A stretch of DNA of 64,000 bases from Candidatus Falkowbacteria bacterium S5_I03 (GCA_019248265.1 JAEHGX010000003.1:32617-96616), one strand, 5' to 3'. Positions 53,073-61,877 are shown, numbered from the stretch's first letter. Notes: generated by a model from the sequence alone, not told the origin. Numbers and translations are program-made.

Positions 53073-53212
53073 TTTCTCTTTCTCCTCTTTATTCTTCTCC
53101 TCATTTAATACTTTCCTTTTATGGAATGGCAAAATCTAGATTAATAGATAAAGCGCCAGTAAGAGGTGTCAAATAGACAACAAAAAAATAAAATTAAAAC
53201 AAGGAATGAAAG

Positions 53213-53518
53213 ATGGAAGCAGTAGCAGTAGGGATGAGCACAGGAATGATGTTATTAATAGGTGTATTAATATTTATGTTCAGAAAAGGTATATTCAATA
53301 TGGCAGAGCTAATTGAAAATACACTTGATGAAGCTATAGATACTAGTAATGATGCATTATCAACTTACGGTAAAATCGTAAAAGTATCAAATGCTAAAAA
53401 GCGTGAAGAACTTCTAGCAGAAATCCGTGATATAGAAACAAGAGTAACTTCAAAACAACTTCAAGAACTTCTTGATGGTAAATCAGAAGAAGAAGTATTC
53501 GGAAAAGCTAAAGCCTAA
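53213..53518 (+). CDS. hypothetical membrane-anchored protein (101 aa)
   Basis: Has an N-terminal TM helix (MSTGMMLLIGVLIFMF) and an AAGGA RBS. Confidence 0.55.
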   Translation: MEAVAVGMSTGMMLLIGVLIFMFRKGIFNMAELIENTLDEAIDTSNDALSTYGKIVKVSNAKKREELLAEIRDIETRVTSKQLQELLDGKSEEEVFGKAKA

Positions 53519-53611
53519 TCATAGGCTAAGGCTAATCTAAGAGCGCCAGCAAGATAGGAAGATAGGCAAGAAACCATAGATAAACCAAATTTAAAATAAG
53601 GAAATAATATA

Positions 53612-54034
53612 ATGACAACTAATTACGCAAAGATAGTAGCATCAGAACTAATAAAACAAGGAGCAATCCTTGTAGGCTCGCAAACATTAATTGAATCATC
53701 AACAGCAGACATTGACATCGCATGCACATGGGAACAATATGTATCTGTACTTGAATCAAAGCCAATAATGCATAAAGAAGGAAGATATGTAGAATCACAT
53801 AAAAATAACTACATCAAAAACAACAATACTCTATGGAATGGTGTAGAATCATTAGCGTTTAACGATGATACAAGACTTGATATATTGTTCTATGATGAAG
53901 AAATATTACCAGCAGTAGCAACAACAATCAAAATGATGCAATCTCAGTCAAACATGTTCATATCAAACAAAGAACTTAGAGTTAGAACATATGAAGCATT
54001 AGTTAAAACAATTCACTTGTATAGCGCCAGATAA
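53612..54034 (+). CDS. minimal Pol-beta-superfamily nucleotidyltransferase-like protein (MNT-like, 140 aa)
   Basis: LVGSQTLIESSTADIDIA fits the hG[GS]-x9-13-Dh[DE]h signature (G22 S23 ... D33 x D35, at 53675-53719). Confidence 0.45.
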   Translation: MTTNYAKIVASELIKQGAILVGSQTLIESSTADIDIACTWEQYVSVLESKPIMHKEGRYVESHKNNYIKNNNTLWNGVESLAFNDDTRLDILFYDEEILPAVATTIKMMQSQSNMFISNKELRVRTYEALVKTIHLYSAR

Positions 54035-54046
54035 GAGTGTCACAAT

Positions 54047-54361
54047 ATGAAAACAAGATACCTATGTACAGAGTGTGAAAACATTGACAACTTGTCAAGT
54101 TTCACAGAACCAGTTAAAGATGGATTATACTATGTAGCAACATGTAATAAATGCAATAGTAGAACACATATATTAAAGAAACATAAGGACGGTATAATGA
54201 AAGTAGAACAACATCCATTATATAAAAGATTGGGAGTAATTGAGCAATCTGTATTAGAATCAGAATTAGGAGAAGACTTTTATAAAGACTTCGAAACACA
54301 AGAAGAACTTGAATCTGCAATAGAAGAAGCAATGCTAGATTTTTACGCAGAAGATTATTAA
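54047..54361 (+). CDS. hypothetical zinc-ribbon protein (104 aa)
   Basis: Contains CTEC...CNKC. It is a paralogue of the interrupted ORF 54739..55080. Confidence 0.55.
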   Translation: MKTRYLCTECENIDNLSSFTEPVKDGLYYVATCNKCNSRTHILKKHKDGIMKVEQHPLYKRLGVIEQSVLESELGEDFYKDFETQEELESAIEEAMLDFYAEDY

Positions 54362-54379
54362 TACTAAAAGGATAACAAA

Positions 54380-54529
54380 ATGATAAATGAATACGCAATA
54401 GCAAGAACTTTTGGATTAGCAATGATAACACCATCAATAGGATACTTGACATATGATGTTAAAGGTATAGCAATAGGATTTATATTGCTTGGAACAATAT
54501 TATTTATATCAAACATGAAAAAGGCTTAA
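54380..54529 (+). CDS. hypothetical 49-aa membrane peptide (below ORF-track cutoff)
   Basis: Hand translation gives MINEYAIARTFGLAMITPSIGYLTYDVKGIAIGFILLGTILFISNMKKA. It has an AAGGA RBS. Confidence 0.4.
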   Translation: MINEYAIARTFGLAMITPSIGYLTYDVKGIAIGFILLGTILFISNMKKA

Positions 54530-54530
54530 A

Positions 54531-54728
54531 ATGTGTACTAAACCATTAGACCAAAGAACTGTAGCTTATCTTAAAAAACAACAACAATTAACAATGAACA
54601 GCAAATGTATAGTTGAACCATTCAAGACATCAACATCTACAATTAATCAAATTAAAGATGCATTATCAGCTATTGAATCACCTTCATTAGCGCCAGTAAT
54701 TAATAAATCTAGAACATCAAAATATTAA
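54531..54728 (+). CDS. hypothetical 65-aa protein
   Basis: ORF tightly packed after the previous stop. Confidence 0.45.
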   Translation: MCTKPLDQRTVAYLKKQQQLTMNSKCIVEPFKTSTSTINQIKDALSAIESPSLAPVINKSRTSKY

Positions 54729-54738
54729 GGAAAAACAA

Positions 54739-55080
54739 ATGGAAAAATATGAATGTATGAATTGTCACTAAATTCACAACTTAGATGAATATGAAGACAC
54801 AGAATGTGATGGTGATGTATTTGATAAATGTCCAATATGCAAAAAAACATCTGTACTTATTGAAGTAGATGAAGAAGTATTGCTTAATCTGCAAGATACA
54901 AGACAATACCACAAAGACACATTATATGAAGTAGTATGTCAAGTTAAAGAGATGCTAGACACAGACAGATCTATGTCAGATATAAAACAATATCTAAAAT
55001 CTATAACTGGTAAAGACCATCAAATGTCAGAAATATATGCATTAGTATATGCATATGAATTCATGGAATCAATTAAATAA
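54739..55080 (+). pseudogene. zinc-ribbon gene interrupted by an in-frame TAA at 54769-54771
   Basis: ATG 54739 has an AAGGA RBS. The frame reads MEKYECMNCH*IHNLDEYEDTECDGDVFDKCPICKK... and runs into track ORF 54880..55080. It aligns with the paralogue YLCTECENIDNL. Confidence 0.5.
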
Positions 55081-55165
55081 AATTCAACAGAGATATCTAA
55101 TAAATAACGATATCTCAATTGAGTTTTAAACTCAAAAATAAACACATAAATAAAAGGAAAACCAA

Positions 55166-55897
55166 ATGGCAAAAGAATTAGTATCAATGAATGAAGTAGC
55201 AGTAGATGCAAAAGTATCAAAAGCTAAAACAGTTAAAGCACCCAAAGAAACTAAAGTTAAGGAAGTTAAAATGACAGCATTAGAAAAGAAAATCGCAGAG
55301 AGAATGTTAGCTAAAGAACAAGCTAGAACAGCTAAAGATGAAGTGTTAGCAAATAATGAAACATATGTTGATTATCTTGTTGATAAAAAGATAGAAAACA
55401 ACAATGTAGTGCATTTGGATGTAATCATCAATCAAATCAATGCAATGAAAACAATCTTAGCTCAAGATGGAACTAAATTCGCTATCCATTGTTATCCAGT
55501 TGCAGAATCAATCTTTGGTGCAGTAGGTTCAAGATTGTTAGCTATTGCACAAATAGCTGGCGCTATGTTCACAAGCGAGAGACAAGCTGAATTCACAGCT
55601 TTAACAGGTATTGACTATCTTATTGCACTTGATGCATATCACAAATTAGGTAGACCAGCATACTTCAGCAAACAAATGACTTTAGTTGATGAATTACCAT
55701 TCCAAGAAGGTTATGATATTCCATTAATGGCAGTAGCTGCAGCATTAGGTTTAGACACAGATGAAGCAAAACTTATCACAGATGCTAAATTAACTAACCA
55801 CTTCAGCGCCAGTAGAAAGAAAGCTCAAACTAAACTAGATGAGTACAACAGAACACCAGTTAATGCAGAAGATTCGGCATTTACTATGGAAGATTAA
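55166..55897 (+). CDS. hypothetical 243-aa protein upstream of the small RNAP
   Basis: ORF with an AAGGA RBS and a Lys-rich N-terminus. No motif recognised. Confidence 0.55.
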   Translation: MAKELVSMNEVAVDAKVSKAKTVKAPKETKVKEVKMTALEKKIAERMLAKEQARTAKDEVLANNETYVDYLVDKKIENNNVVHLDVIINQINAMKTILAQDGTKFAIHCYPVAESIFGAVGSRLLAIAQIAGAMFTSERQAEFTALTGIDYLIALDAYHKLGRPAYFSKQMTLVDELPFQEGYDIPLMAVAAALGLDTDEAKLITDAKLTNHFSASRKKAQTKLDEYNRTPVNAEDSAFTMED

Positions 55898-55960
55898 TTC
55901 TTCAAAAGCCTGAGCAAGCTATAACTGCTCAAAACCAAAATTAAAATAAGGACCGACAAA

Positions 55961-57820
55961 ATGACAACAAAAGAACGAATAGCTTACCAAATTAGCTTAG
56001 GAAAGTTATCTATGCCTAGAATAAACAATCTTGAATCTAAGTTTGGATCAACAGTGTACAAAGAGATAGAAGCAATGTTTGAAGCAATGTTTCATACATA
56101 TCTAAAGAAAGGTGCTCATATCAAACCTAATGTAGAGCCAGCACACACAGTTGCAATGCCATATTGGGCTAAGCGAATCAAAAACCCAAAAGCTCATAAT
56201 CTGGCGCTTAAGGTACTATCTAAGAATAACTGGATAGTAGTATCAACAAGACCAGGTAACAATTGGTCATCTGCATATTTAAATGAAGCAAAATTATTAG
56301 AATATGTTACTAGAGAAGTACTTGATAATGTAAGAATGCATAATAAATTCTTTGATTATAAGCTATCTAATACTGTATCTGTATCAAGCACTAAAGTTAC
56401 TCAAAATGGTAATAAACTTGACTCAGGTTTAATCAGAAATGGATTTATGAAAACAGGTAATACAGAGTTTGCATTCAATACAAACCAAATCAACGAGAAC
56501 TTTGAAGATGTACTAAAAGAAATCAACAAAGGTATCGAGAAAATGATAGTTAAATATCCTCAAATCGCTACAGACCACGCTAATTATAGAGAACTAGGTA
56601 CAGAAATTCTTCAGTATCTATCAATAGAAGACGCAACTTATACTTCAGGAGAAAGAGCATCAGACTTCAGAGGTAGAAACATAGCTGGTATGCTGTCTAG
56701 AATAGGTAATCCAATAGGCTTTAAAGTTATGAGAAGCATGTTAGTTATACCTGAACAATACAGAAATATAGCTACAGATAAAGGTTTAAGAAACAAGCAT
56801 CTATTCATAGCTGAATTATGTGGATTCAAAGTAGGAACAACATTTCAGAAAGTTGCATTTGGAATCAAATGTTATACTCAAAGAACAATGACTCATTGCT
56901 TTGTAGAGAATTTATGGCTGGAAAACACTTACGAAGACATAGATAACTACTACAATAATGTAGGTACATACAAATGGAAATTTGCCATTGAAATAGATGT
57001 AAGCGCCAGTGTATTAGCAGTGATAGGACTATTATTAAATCACAAACCATTTATGGAAAGATGTAATGTTTTACCAGGTATTCTAGGTGATGCATGGGGT
57101 CATGAAATAATTACTAATAGACCTCAGTGCAAAACAATCATGCGAAAAATTTATGGATCTCAAATGACAGCTGCAGCAATGTGGACTGAAATGGATATTG
57201 AATTCACTCAGCAAGAAGTTGAAGCATTTGACTATGATGTTGAATTCGGAGAGTTTGCAGTAGCTAATAGACTTAAAGACTTCATTATAGACAATTCAGT
57301 TATGAAACCATCTATGTCAGTTAGAGTAGGTTCTGAGACGGTTAAATTCAATTGTAATAAGTTCCATATCGTTGGAGACAAAACAACTGTTTATGACTTA
57401 TATGACTCATATAATGACTCAATTAGAAGAATTCACAATACAAGTACAGTTAAAGTTCCAGACCTTAAATCATTCAAAAGAGTTGGTCCAACTACATTAG
57501 TTCATGGACTAGATTCGCAGTGCGCAGATAACACAGCTGATGCAGTAATAAACCAATACAACTGGTGCTTAGACATTCATGATGCATTTATATTGTGTGC
57601 AGAAGCAGCAGACTATGCAAGAGAGATATACAGTTATGGTAGAACACCAAACGAACCATCATTGAAGTTCATTAATGATAATAGAACATCAATCTTATGT
57701 AATTTCTTCACAGATATGGGTATCGGAGCATCTAAAGTAGCAGAGTTCAAAAGAGAGGTTCTAGCATTCGTAGAACCACTAACAGAGAAACTAGTAATTA
57801 ATCCACTAGTTTTAAAATAA
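55961..57820 (+). CDS. compact T7-like single-subunit RNA polymerase (619 aa; N4 RNAPII-like role)
   Basis: DFRGR lies at D235 (56663-56677). Motif A is AIEIDVSAS (D346, 56996-56998). Motif B is RPQCKTIMRKIYGS, spaced R-x3-K-x6-YG. Motif C is LDIHDAFIL (57578-57583). Confidence 0.75.
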   Translation: MTTKERIAYQISLGKLSMPRINNLESKFGSTVYKEIEAMFEAMFHTYLKKGAHIKPNVEPAHTVAMPYWAKRIKNPKAHNLALKVLSKNNWIVVSTRPGNNWSSAYLNEAKLLEYVTREVLDNVRMHNKFFDYKLSNTVSVSSTKVTQNGNKLDSGLIRNGFMKTGNTEFAFNTNQINENFEDVLKEINKGIEKMIVKYPQIATDHANYRELGTEILQYLSIEDATYTSGERASDFRGRNIAGMLSRIGNPIGFKVMRSMLVIPEQYRNIATDKGLRNKHLFIAELCGFKVGTTFQKVAFGIKCYTQRTMTHCFVENLWLENTYEDIDNYYNNVGTYKWKFAIEIDVSASVLAVIGLLLNHKPFMERCNVLPGILGDAWGHEIITNRPQCKTIMRKIYGSQMTAAAMWTEMDIEFTQQEVEAFDYDVEFGEFAVANRLKDFIIDNSVMKPSMSVRVGSETVKFNCNKFHIVGDKTTVYDLYDSYNDSIRRIHNTSTVKVPDLKSFKRVGPTTLVHGLDSQCADNTADAVINQYNWCLDIHDAFILCAEAADYAREIYSYGRTPNEPSLKFINDNRTSILCNFFTDMGIGASKVAEFKREVLAFVEPLTEKLVINPLVLK

Positions 57821-57861
57821 GTTTACTTTAAGCAAAATAATAATTAAAACAAGGAATAAAA

Positions 57862-58125
57862 ATGAGATACAAAGCACGATTATGTGGTAACAAAAGAGGA
57901 ATTGGAACAACCTCTCCAAAAGCCTTAATTACAAACATAGAACCAAACGATGAACTCGACAGAGATCATTGTTGGATAGACTTATCATTAGTCGAATCAA
58001 TACAGCCAAGAGGAGATAAAAAACCAATTTGGATTGAATTCGATGCAGATATTAAGCAATACAAGAAAAGAGGTCTAGAAGACTCTTATACGCTAACAAA
58101 CATCACAAATATAACAATATTATAA
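57862..58125 (+). CDS. hypothetical 87-aa protein
   Basis: Has the conserved AATTAAAACAAGGA leader and a terminator immediately downstream. Confidence 0.55.
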   Translation: MRYKARLCGNKRGIGTTSPKALITNIEPNDELDRDHCWIDLSLVESIQPRGDKKPIWIEFDADIKQYKKRGLEDSYTLTNITNITIL

Positions 58126-58169
58126 TCTACAGATATCCCAATAGGGATGTTTGTAGATATTTTTTTTTC
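58125..58169 (+). terminator. rho-independent terminator
   Basis: ATCTACAGATATCCC-aata-GGGATGTTTGTAGAT gives a 15-bp stem with 2 G-U pairs, followed by ATTTTTTTTT. Confidence 0.7.
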
Positions 58170-58279
58170 TCTCAACAAGGGGAAGAAAAGATTTATATTG
58201 TTTATATTTACTTTTATATATTATTTTTTTTATCTCTTTATTTGAGATAGGAAAGAAAACACACCTAAAGGAGCAATCA

Positions 58280-58429
58280 ATGAGCAAAGCAAGAATATAC
58301 GCAATGATAGTACTATCTATATTTGTATCTCTAGGATACTTTATACCATACTTCCCATTTATAGCTGCAACAATCGTAGCATTCATTTTTTTTTACTCTA
58401 AAAAAGATGAAGAAAACACTTACAGATAA
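58280..58429 (+). CDS. hypothetical 49-aa membrane peptide (below ORF-track cutoff)
   Basis: Has an AAAGGAG RBS. Hand translation gives MSKARIYAMIVLSIFVSLGYFIPYFPFIAATIVAFIFFYSKKDEENTYR. It is preferred over the antisense track ORF 58120..58386. Confidence 0.45.
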   Translation: MSKARIYAMIVLSIFVSLGYFIPYFPFIAATIVAFIFFYSKKDEENTYR

Positions 58430-58439
58430 GGAATAACCA

Positions 58440-58634
58440 ATGAATTACAAGTTACTTTACGAAATTGAAAAAGAAGAAAACGAAAAACTTCAAAAGAAAA
58501 TCAGAGAATTAACTATAGACAATGAGCTATATAAAATTAGACTCAAAAACGCTAAAGAAACTACCTATAAAGCGCCAGATAGAAAAGAATCTAAAGCATC
58601 TATAACTATTCAACAATTAAATATATACTGTTAG
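58440..58634 (+). CDS. hypothetical 64-aa protein
   Basis: ORF with a TAAGGA RBS. Confidence 0.5.
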   Translation: MNYKLLYEIEKEENEKLQKKIRELTIDNELYKIRLKNAKETTYKAPDRKESKASITIQQLNIYC

Positions 58635-58645
58635 GAGAATAAACA

Positions 58646-58864
58646 ATGAAAGAAATAAAAGAACTAGAAGCATATAAATTCATACATGAAAGAGTAAGCA
58701 AAACACCAGATGGACTAATAGATGAATCATCAAAAGAGTTTATTAGCATAATAGATGAACCAAGAATTGAAAATTTACAATTAAAGTCTAAAATACAAGA
58801 CTTAAAACATATATTAAAAGAAAATAATATTGAAGTTTATAAAAAAATAACCATGAAATTATAA
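58646..58864 (+). CDS. hypothetical 72-aa protein
   Basis: ORF with an AGGAG RBS. Confidence 0.5.
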   Translation: MKEIKELEAYKFIHERVSKTPDGLIDESSKEFISIIDEPRIENLQLKSKIQDLKHILKENNIEVYKKITMKL

Positions 58865-58875
58865 AAGGAATAAAT

Positions 58876-59622
58876 ATGAAAAATGAAAAATTTATAATAG
58901 TACCAATAACTGAAGGATGTAGATTTGAAGATGGTTTTGATTTTAAATGGTATAGCGTAGTAAAAATAACAAATGCAAAAATAGCATTTATAAGAGAACA
59001 AAAATCTGGAGATTCATGCATAGATATATCAGGTGTAGTTGTTGGATTTATAAGCTATGAAAATGCAGAAAAACATAGCATATCAGCAGGTAAACTTTTA
59101 GATTTTTATAAAATACATGATGAATTTTATTACAACAAATTACTTTTAAAAGATCTTAATTTTATAAAAAGAGATATTGTATTTGATTATGAAAAAAATA
59201 AAATAGAAAACATTGTATTATCTGATACAAACATAGGAGATAAGGTATATAAACGAATATTTTATACAAATGATATAAGCAATATATTGCTTGAAATCAA
59301 TAATAATATTTTTAATGAAATAAAAATACCACATACCGTTCGCCACAGGTTATCTGATATTATAGAAGATATTTTTGAACTAACAAAAAACAGTATAGAT
59401 ATAGAGCAAACGAAAGAATATATATTGAAAAAAAATGGAATAGTAATATCAAATGTAGAACTTAATAGCATACATTTTAAAGGAATAACTATATATCTAG
59501 AAAATACATATACAAATATAATGAAAGACTCAAGTCTTCCAGATTTTTATTTATATTCATTTAGTAGTGACAATAAAATTCCTGTATATCTAATAGAAGA
59601 TTTATATTCTATAAAATTTTAG
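58876..59622 (+). CDS. hypothetical 248-aa protein
   Basis: ORF with an AAGGA RBS. Confidence 0.55.
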   Translation: MKNEKFIIVPITEGCRFEDGFDFKWYSVVKITNAKIAFIREQKSGDSCIDISGVVVGFISYENAEKHSISAGKLLDFYKIHDEFYYNKLLLKDLNFIKRDIVFDYEKNKIENIVLSDTNIGDKVYKRIFYTNDISNILLEINNNIFNEIKIPHTVRHRLSDIIEDIFELTKNSIDIEQTKEYILKKNGIVISNVELNSIHFKGITIYLENTYTNIMKDSSLPDFYLYSFSSDNKIPVYLIEDLYSIKF

Positions 59623-59635
59623 AAGGAATGAAGAT

Positions 59636-59926
59636 ATGTTAAACAAAGCACAACACGATCAAATGATTCAAGGATTAGTTGGATTAAGGTTTTCAACTAA
59701 AGAGCTAATATATACCTTAAAAACAATATCTATATCATCTTCAGGTTTAGAAAATAGTCCAATCATAAAAGACTGCAATGAAAGAAATATCTTCAGTGAT
59801 TACTGTATTCAAGTAAAACTAGGAAAATCTAATGGAATTCAATTATCATATAAAATATTCTATATAAACACAAACCAACAAGATAAAATATTAATCACAG
59901 ACACAGAATATATACCAGGAGAATAA
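59636..59926 (+). CDS. hypothetical 96-aa protein
   Basis: ORF with an AAGGA RBS. Confidence 0.5.
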   Translation: MLNKAQHDQMIQGLVGLRFSTKELIYTLKTISISSSGLENSPIIKDCNERNIFSDYCIQVKLGKSNGIQLSYKIFYINTNQQDKILITDTEYIPGE

Positions 59927-59927
59927 A

Positions 59928-60245
59928 ATGACAAGAGAGCAGGAACAAGAGTTTTTAAATCTTGTAGAATCAACAATTGAGAGATATCCATATTTACTTG
60001 AAAAAGTATTAATAGCATCATCTCATGCAATGCATAGATCAATTGTAAACCTAGGAAGACAAGTAGCAGATATGGAAACAATAGCAGTAGCATTTGCATC
60101 TATGTCATCTAAAGGATACTCTAAAAAGAACGAACTATGGGCTACAAATCTTATTATCTCAAAACTTGAGAAGCACAAAGATAGCACATACATGAACTGG
60201 TCAACAGACCTAGAATCACTAAAACAAAAACTATTAAAGGATTAA
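59928..60245 (+). CDS. hypothetical 105-aa protein
   Basis: ORF with an AGGAGA RBS. Confidence 0.5.
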   Translation: MTREQEQEFLNLVESTIERYPYLLEKVLIASSHAMHRSIVNLGRQVADMETIAVAFASMSSKGYSKKNELWATNLIISKLEKHKDSTYMNWSTDLESLKQKLLKD

Positions 60246-60249
60246 CCAA

Positions 60250-60381
60250 ATGTCAAGAGAAGAAATAGATCAAATATTACTAGAAGCAGAAATAAACGAT
60301 GAAGATTACTCATTCTCATCAGCGCCAGATGTAATATATCTGGATGAATCATTAGCAACTAGAACAAACCTAGGAGAATAG
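60250..60381 (+). CDS. hypothetical 43-aa acidic peptide (below ORF-track cutoff)
   Basis: Hand translation gives MSREEIDQILLEAEINDEDYSFSSAPDVIYLDESLATRTNLGE. It has an AAGGA RBS and fills the gap between neighbouring genes. Confidence 0.35.
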   Translation: MSREEIDQILLEAEINDEDYSFSSAPDVIYLDESLATRTNLGE

Positions 60382-60383
60382 TC

Positions 60384-60668
60384 ATGAAAAAAGATATAGA
60401 CCAATCAACTGATTGGTTATCAAAATTCCATCAAGGACAAAAACTTCAAAGACAAGCAATGTCAGAGATCAAAAGTATCTCTAGACATTTAAGATACACA
60501 TTTCCTCATATTGCTGATGATCTAATTGAAAGATATCAAGAACTTGAAGAAGCTGAGAAACTTATATCTCAAGCAATGAATCAAAACATGGATGAACAAC
60601 TTAAATCATCACAAGAATTTATAGGTTCAGCACTAACAGGAATGTTAAGAGCAGTAGAAGAGGAATAA
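60384..60668 (+). CDS. hypothetical 94-aa protein
   Basis: ORF with an AGGAGA RBS. Confidence 0.5.
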   Translation: MKKDIDQSTDWLSKFHQGQKLQRQAMSEIKSISRHLRYTFPHIADDLIERYQELEEAEKLISQAMNQNMDEQLKSSQEFIGSALTGMLRAVEEE

Positions 60669-60675
60669 AATAATT

Positions 60676-61257
60676 ATGAAATCAATTGAATTAACACAAT
60701 CTCAAATTAAAGCACTACAGTCTGGCGCTACTATGTTTATACTTCCTATATCGGATTATGATTTAAACATAATAAATAAAGGATATTCAATAGGTGATTC
60801 ATTTCCTATTAATAAAGGTAATAAAGATATATTTGTAAAAGAAGAGTTTATGGAAGTATTAGACCGAAGACCTGAAACAAAAGGAGAAAAATACTACTTT
60901 TACAAATCAGAATATAGACAAGAAGATTATCATATATCACCAAGCTATAATGTATGGGATAGTTTAGAAAATGAATTTGATAAACATATTGCAGCGTCAC
61001 AAATGACAAAAGAACAATCAAGATATTCATTCAAAGAGTGTATTGATGTTAGGATTGTTAGAGTGCAGGATATACTAATAAGCGATTGCGAAAAGATACT
61101 AAACATTTATAGTGCATACTTTAATGTTACTAACCCAAAAATTAGAACTGCAATAATTAACAAATTTAAAGCTTATTATAACCAACAAATGAAGGAACTA
61201 AACATAGATAGAACTTATGAAGATAATGATTATGTATTTTTAGCAGAATTTGCTTAA
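60676..61257 (+). CDS. hypothetical 193-aa protein
   Basis: ORF with a GAGGAA RBS. Confidence 0.55.
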   Translation: MKSIELTQSQIKALQSGATMFILPISDYDLNIINKGYSIGDSFPINKGNKDIFVKEEFMEVLDRRPETKGEKYYFYKSEYRQEDYHISPSYNVWDSLENEFDKHIAASQMTKEQSRYSFKECIDVRIVRVQDILISDCEKILNIYSAYFNVTNPKIRTAIINKFKAYYNQQMKELNIDRTYEDNDYVFLAEFA

Positions 61258-61358
61258 AACAAATTTCCAATAACCTCAACTTGTTCATGTTCAAAAAACA
61301 CAAAAAACCCTCAAGCTTACTTCAATAAGCTCAGGTACATTTTTAAAGGAAAAACACT

Positions 61359-61877
61359 ATGAAAACATTGCATTATCAACCATATATTGATGAGCTAAAC
61401 AGAATGCTAAAAGCAGAAGAATTTGCTAAGAGACTTCCATTATTTAAAGATTTTATTCTTAGGAATAAGATTGACAACAAAAACATGGTAGCACAATTAG
61501 GTGAAAAAGTTCTAGATGTATATCTAGGTCAAGCAATACGTCTTTATAACTATTCTGAAACCAACAGTGGAACACCAACAAACTACTCAGGTAAGCCAAT
61601 TGAAGTACCATTAATTGTATTTTATATTAATAGATACTCAATGTTTGGTGATGACTTCTATGATGAAATCACAAAAGAACTTGATGAATCTGTTAAAGAT
61701 TTATTATATTTTTATGATTCAATAAATAGTAAATACTTTGTTACAAAAGAAAACTTAGGAGAATTTTGCGATAAACTAAGCATCTGGTACAACAATGCAT
61801 TGAAGAAAAACAAACAATACTCTATAGAAAAAAAGAAAATTAGATTACAAAAAGAGTTAGATCTACTACAAGGATAA
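61359..61877 (+). CDS. hypothetical 172-aa protein
   Basis: ORF with an AAGGA RBS. Confidence 0.55.
   Translation: MKTLHYQPYIDELNRMLKAEEFAKRLPLFKDFILRNKIDNKNMVAQLGEKVLDVYLGQAIRLYNYSETNSGTPTNYSGKPIEVPLIVFYINRYSMFGDDFYDEITKELDESVKDLLYFYDSINSKYFVTKENLGEFCDKLSIWYNNALKKNKQYSIEKKKIRLQKELDLLQG

Noticed and set aside
54769-54771. Alternative genetic code (stop-codon reassignment).
   Set aside because: TAA, TAG and TGA all terminate well-supported, tightly packed genes throughout the window (for example the ATGA and TAATG overlaps). A single in-frame TAA is insufficient evidence for recoding.
58120-58386. An 88-aa minus-strand ORF lies in the rightward gene block.
   Set aside because: It runs against the operon direction and across a strong + strand terminator. 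A + strand 49-aa membrane ORF with an AAAGGAG RBS (58280..58429) explains the region better.
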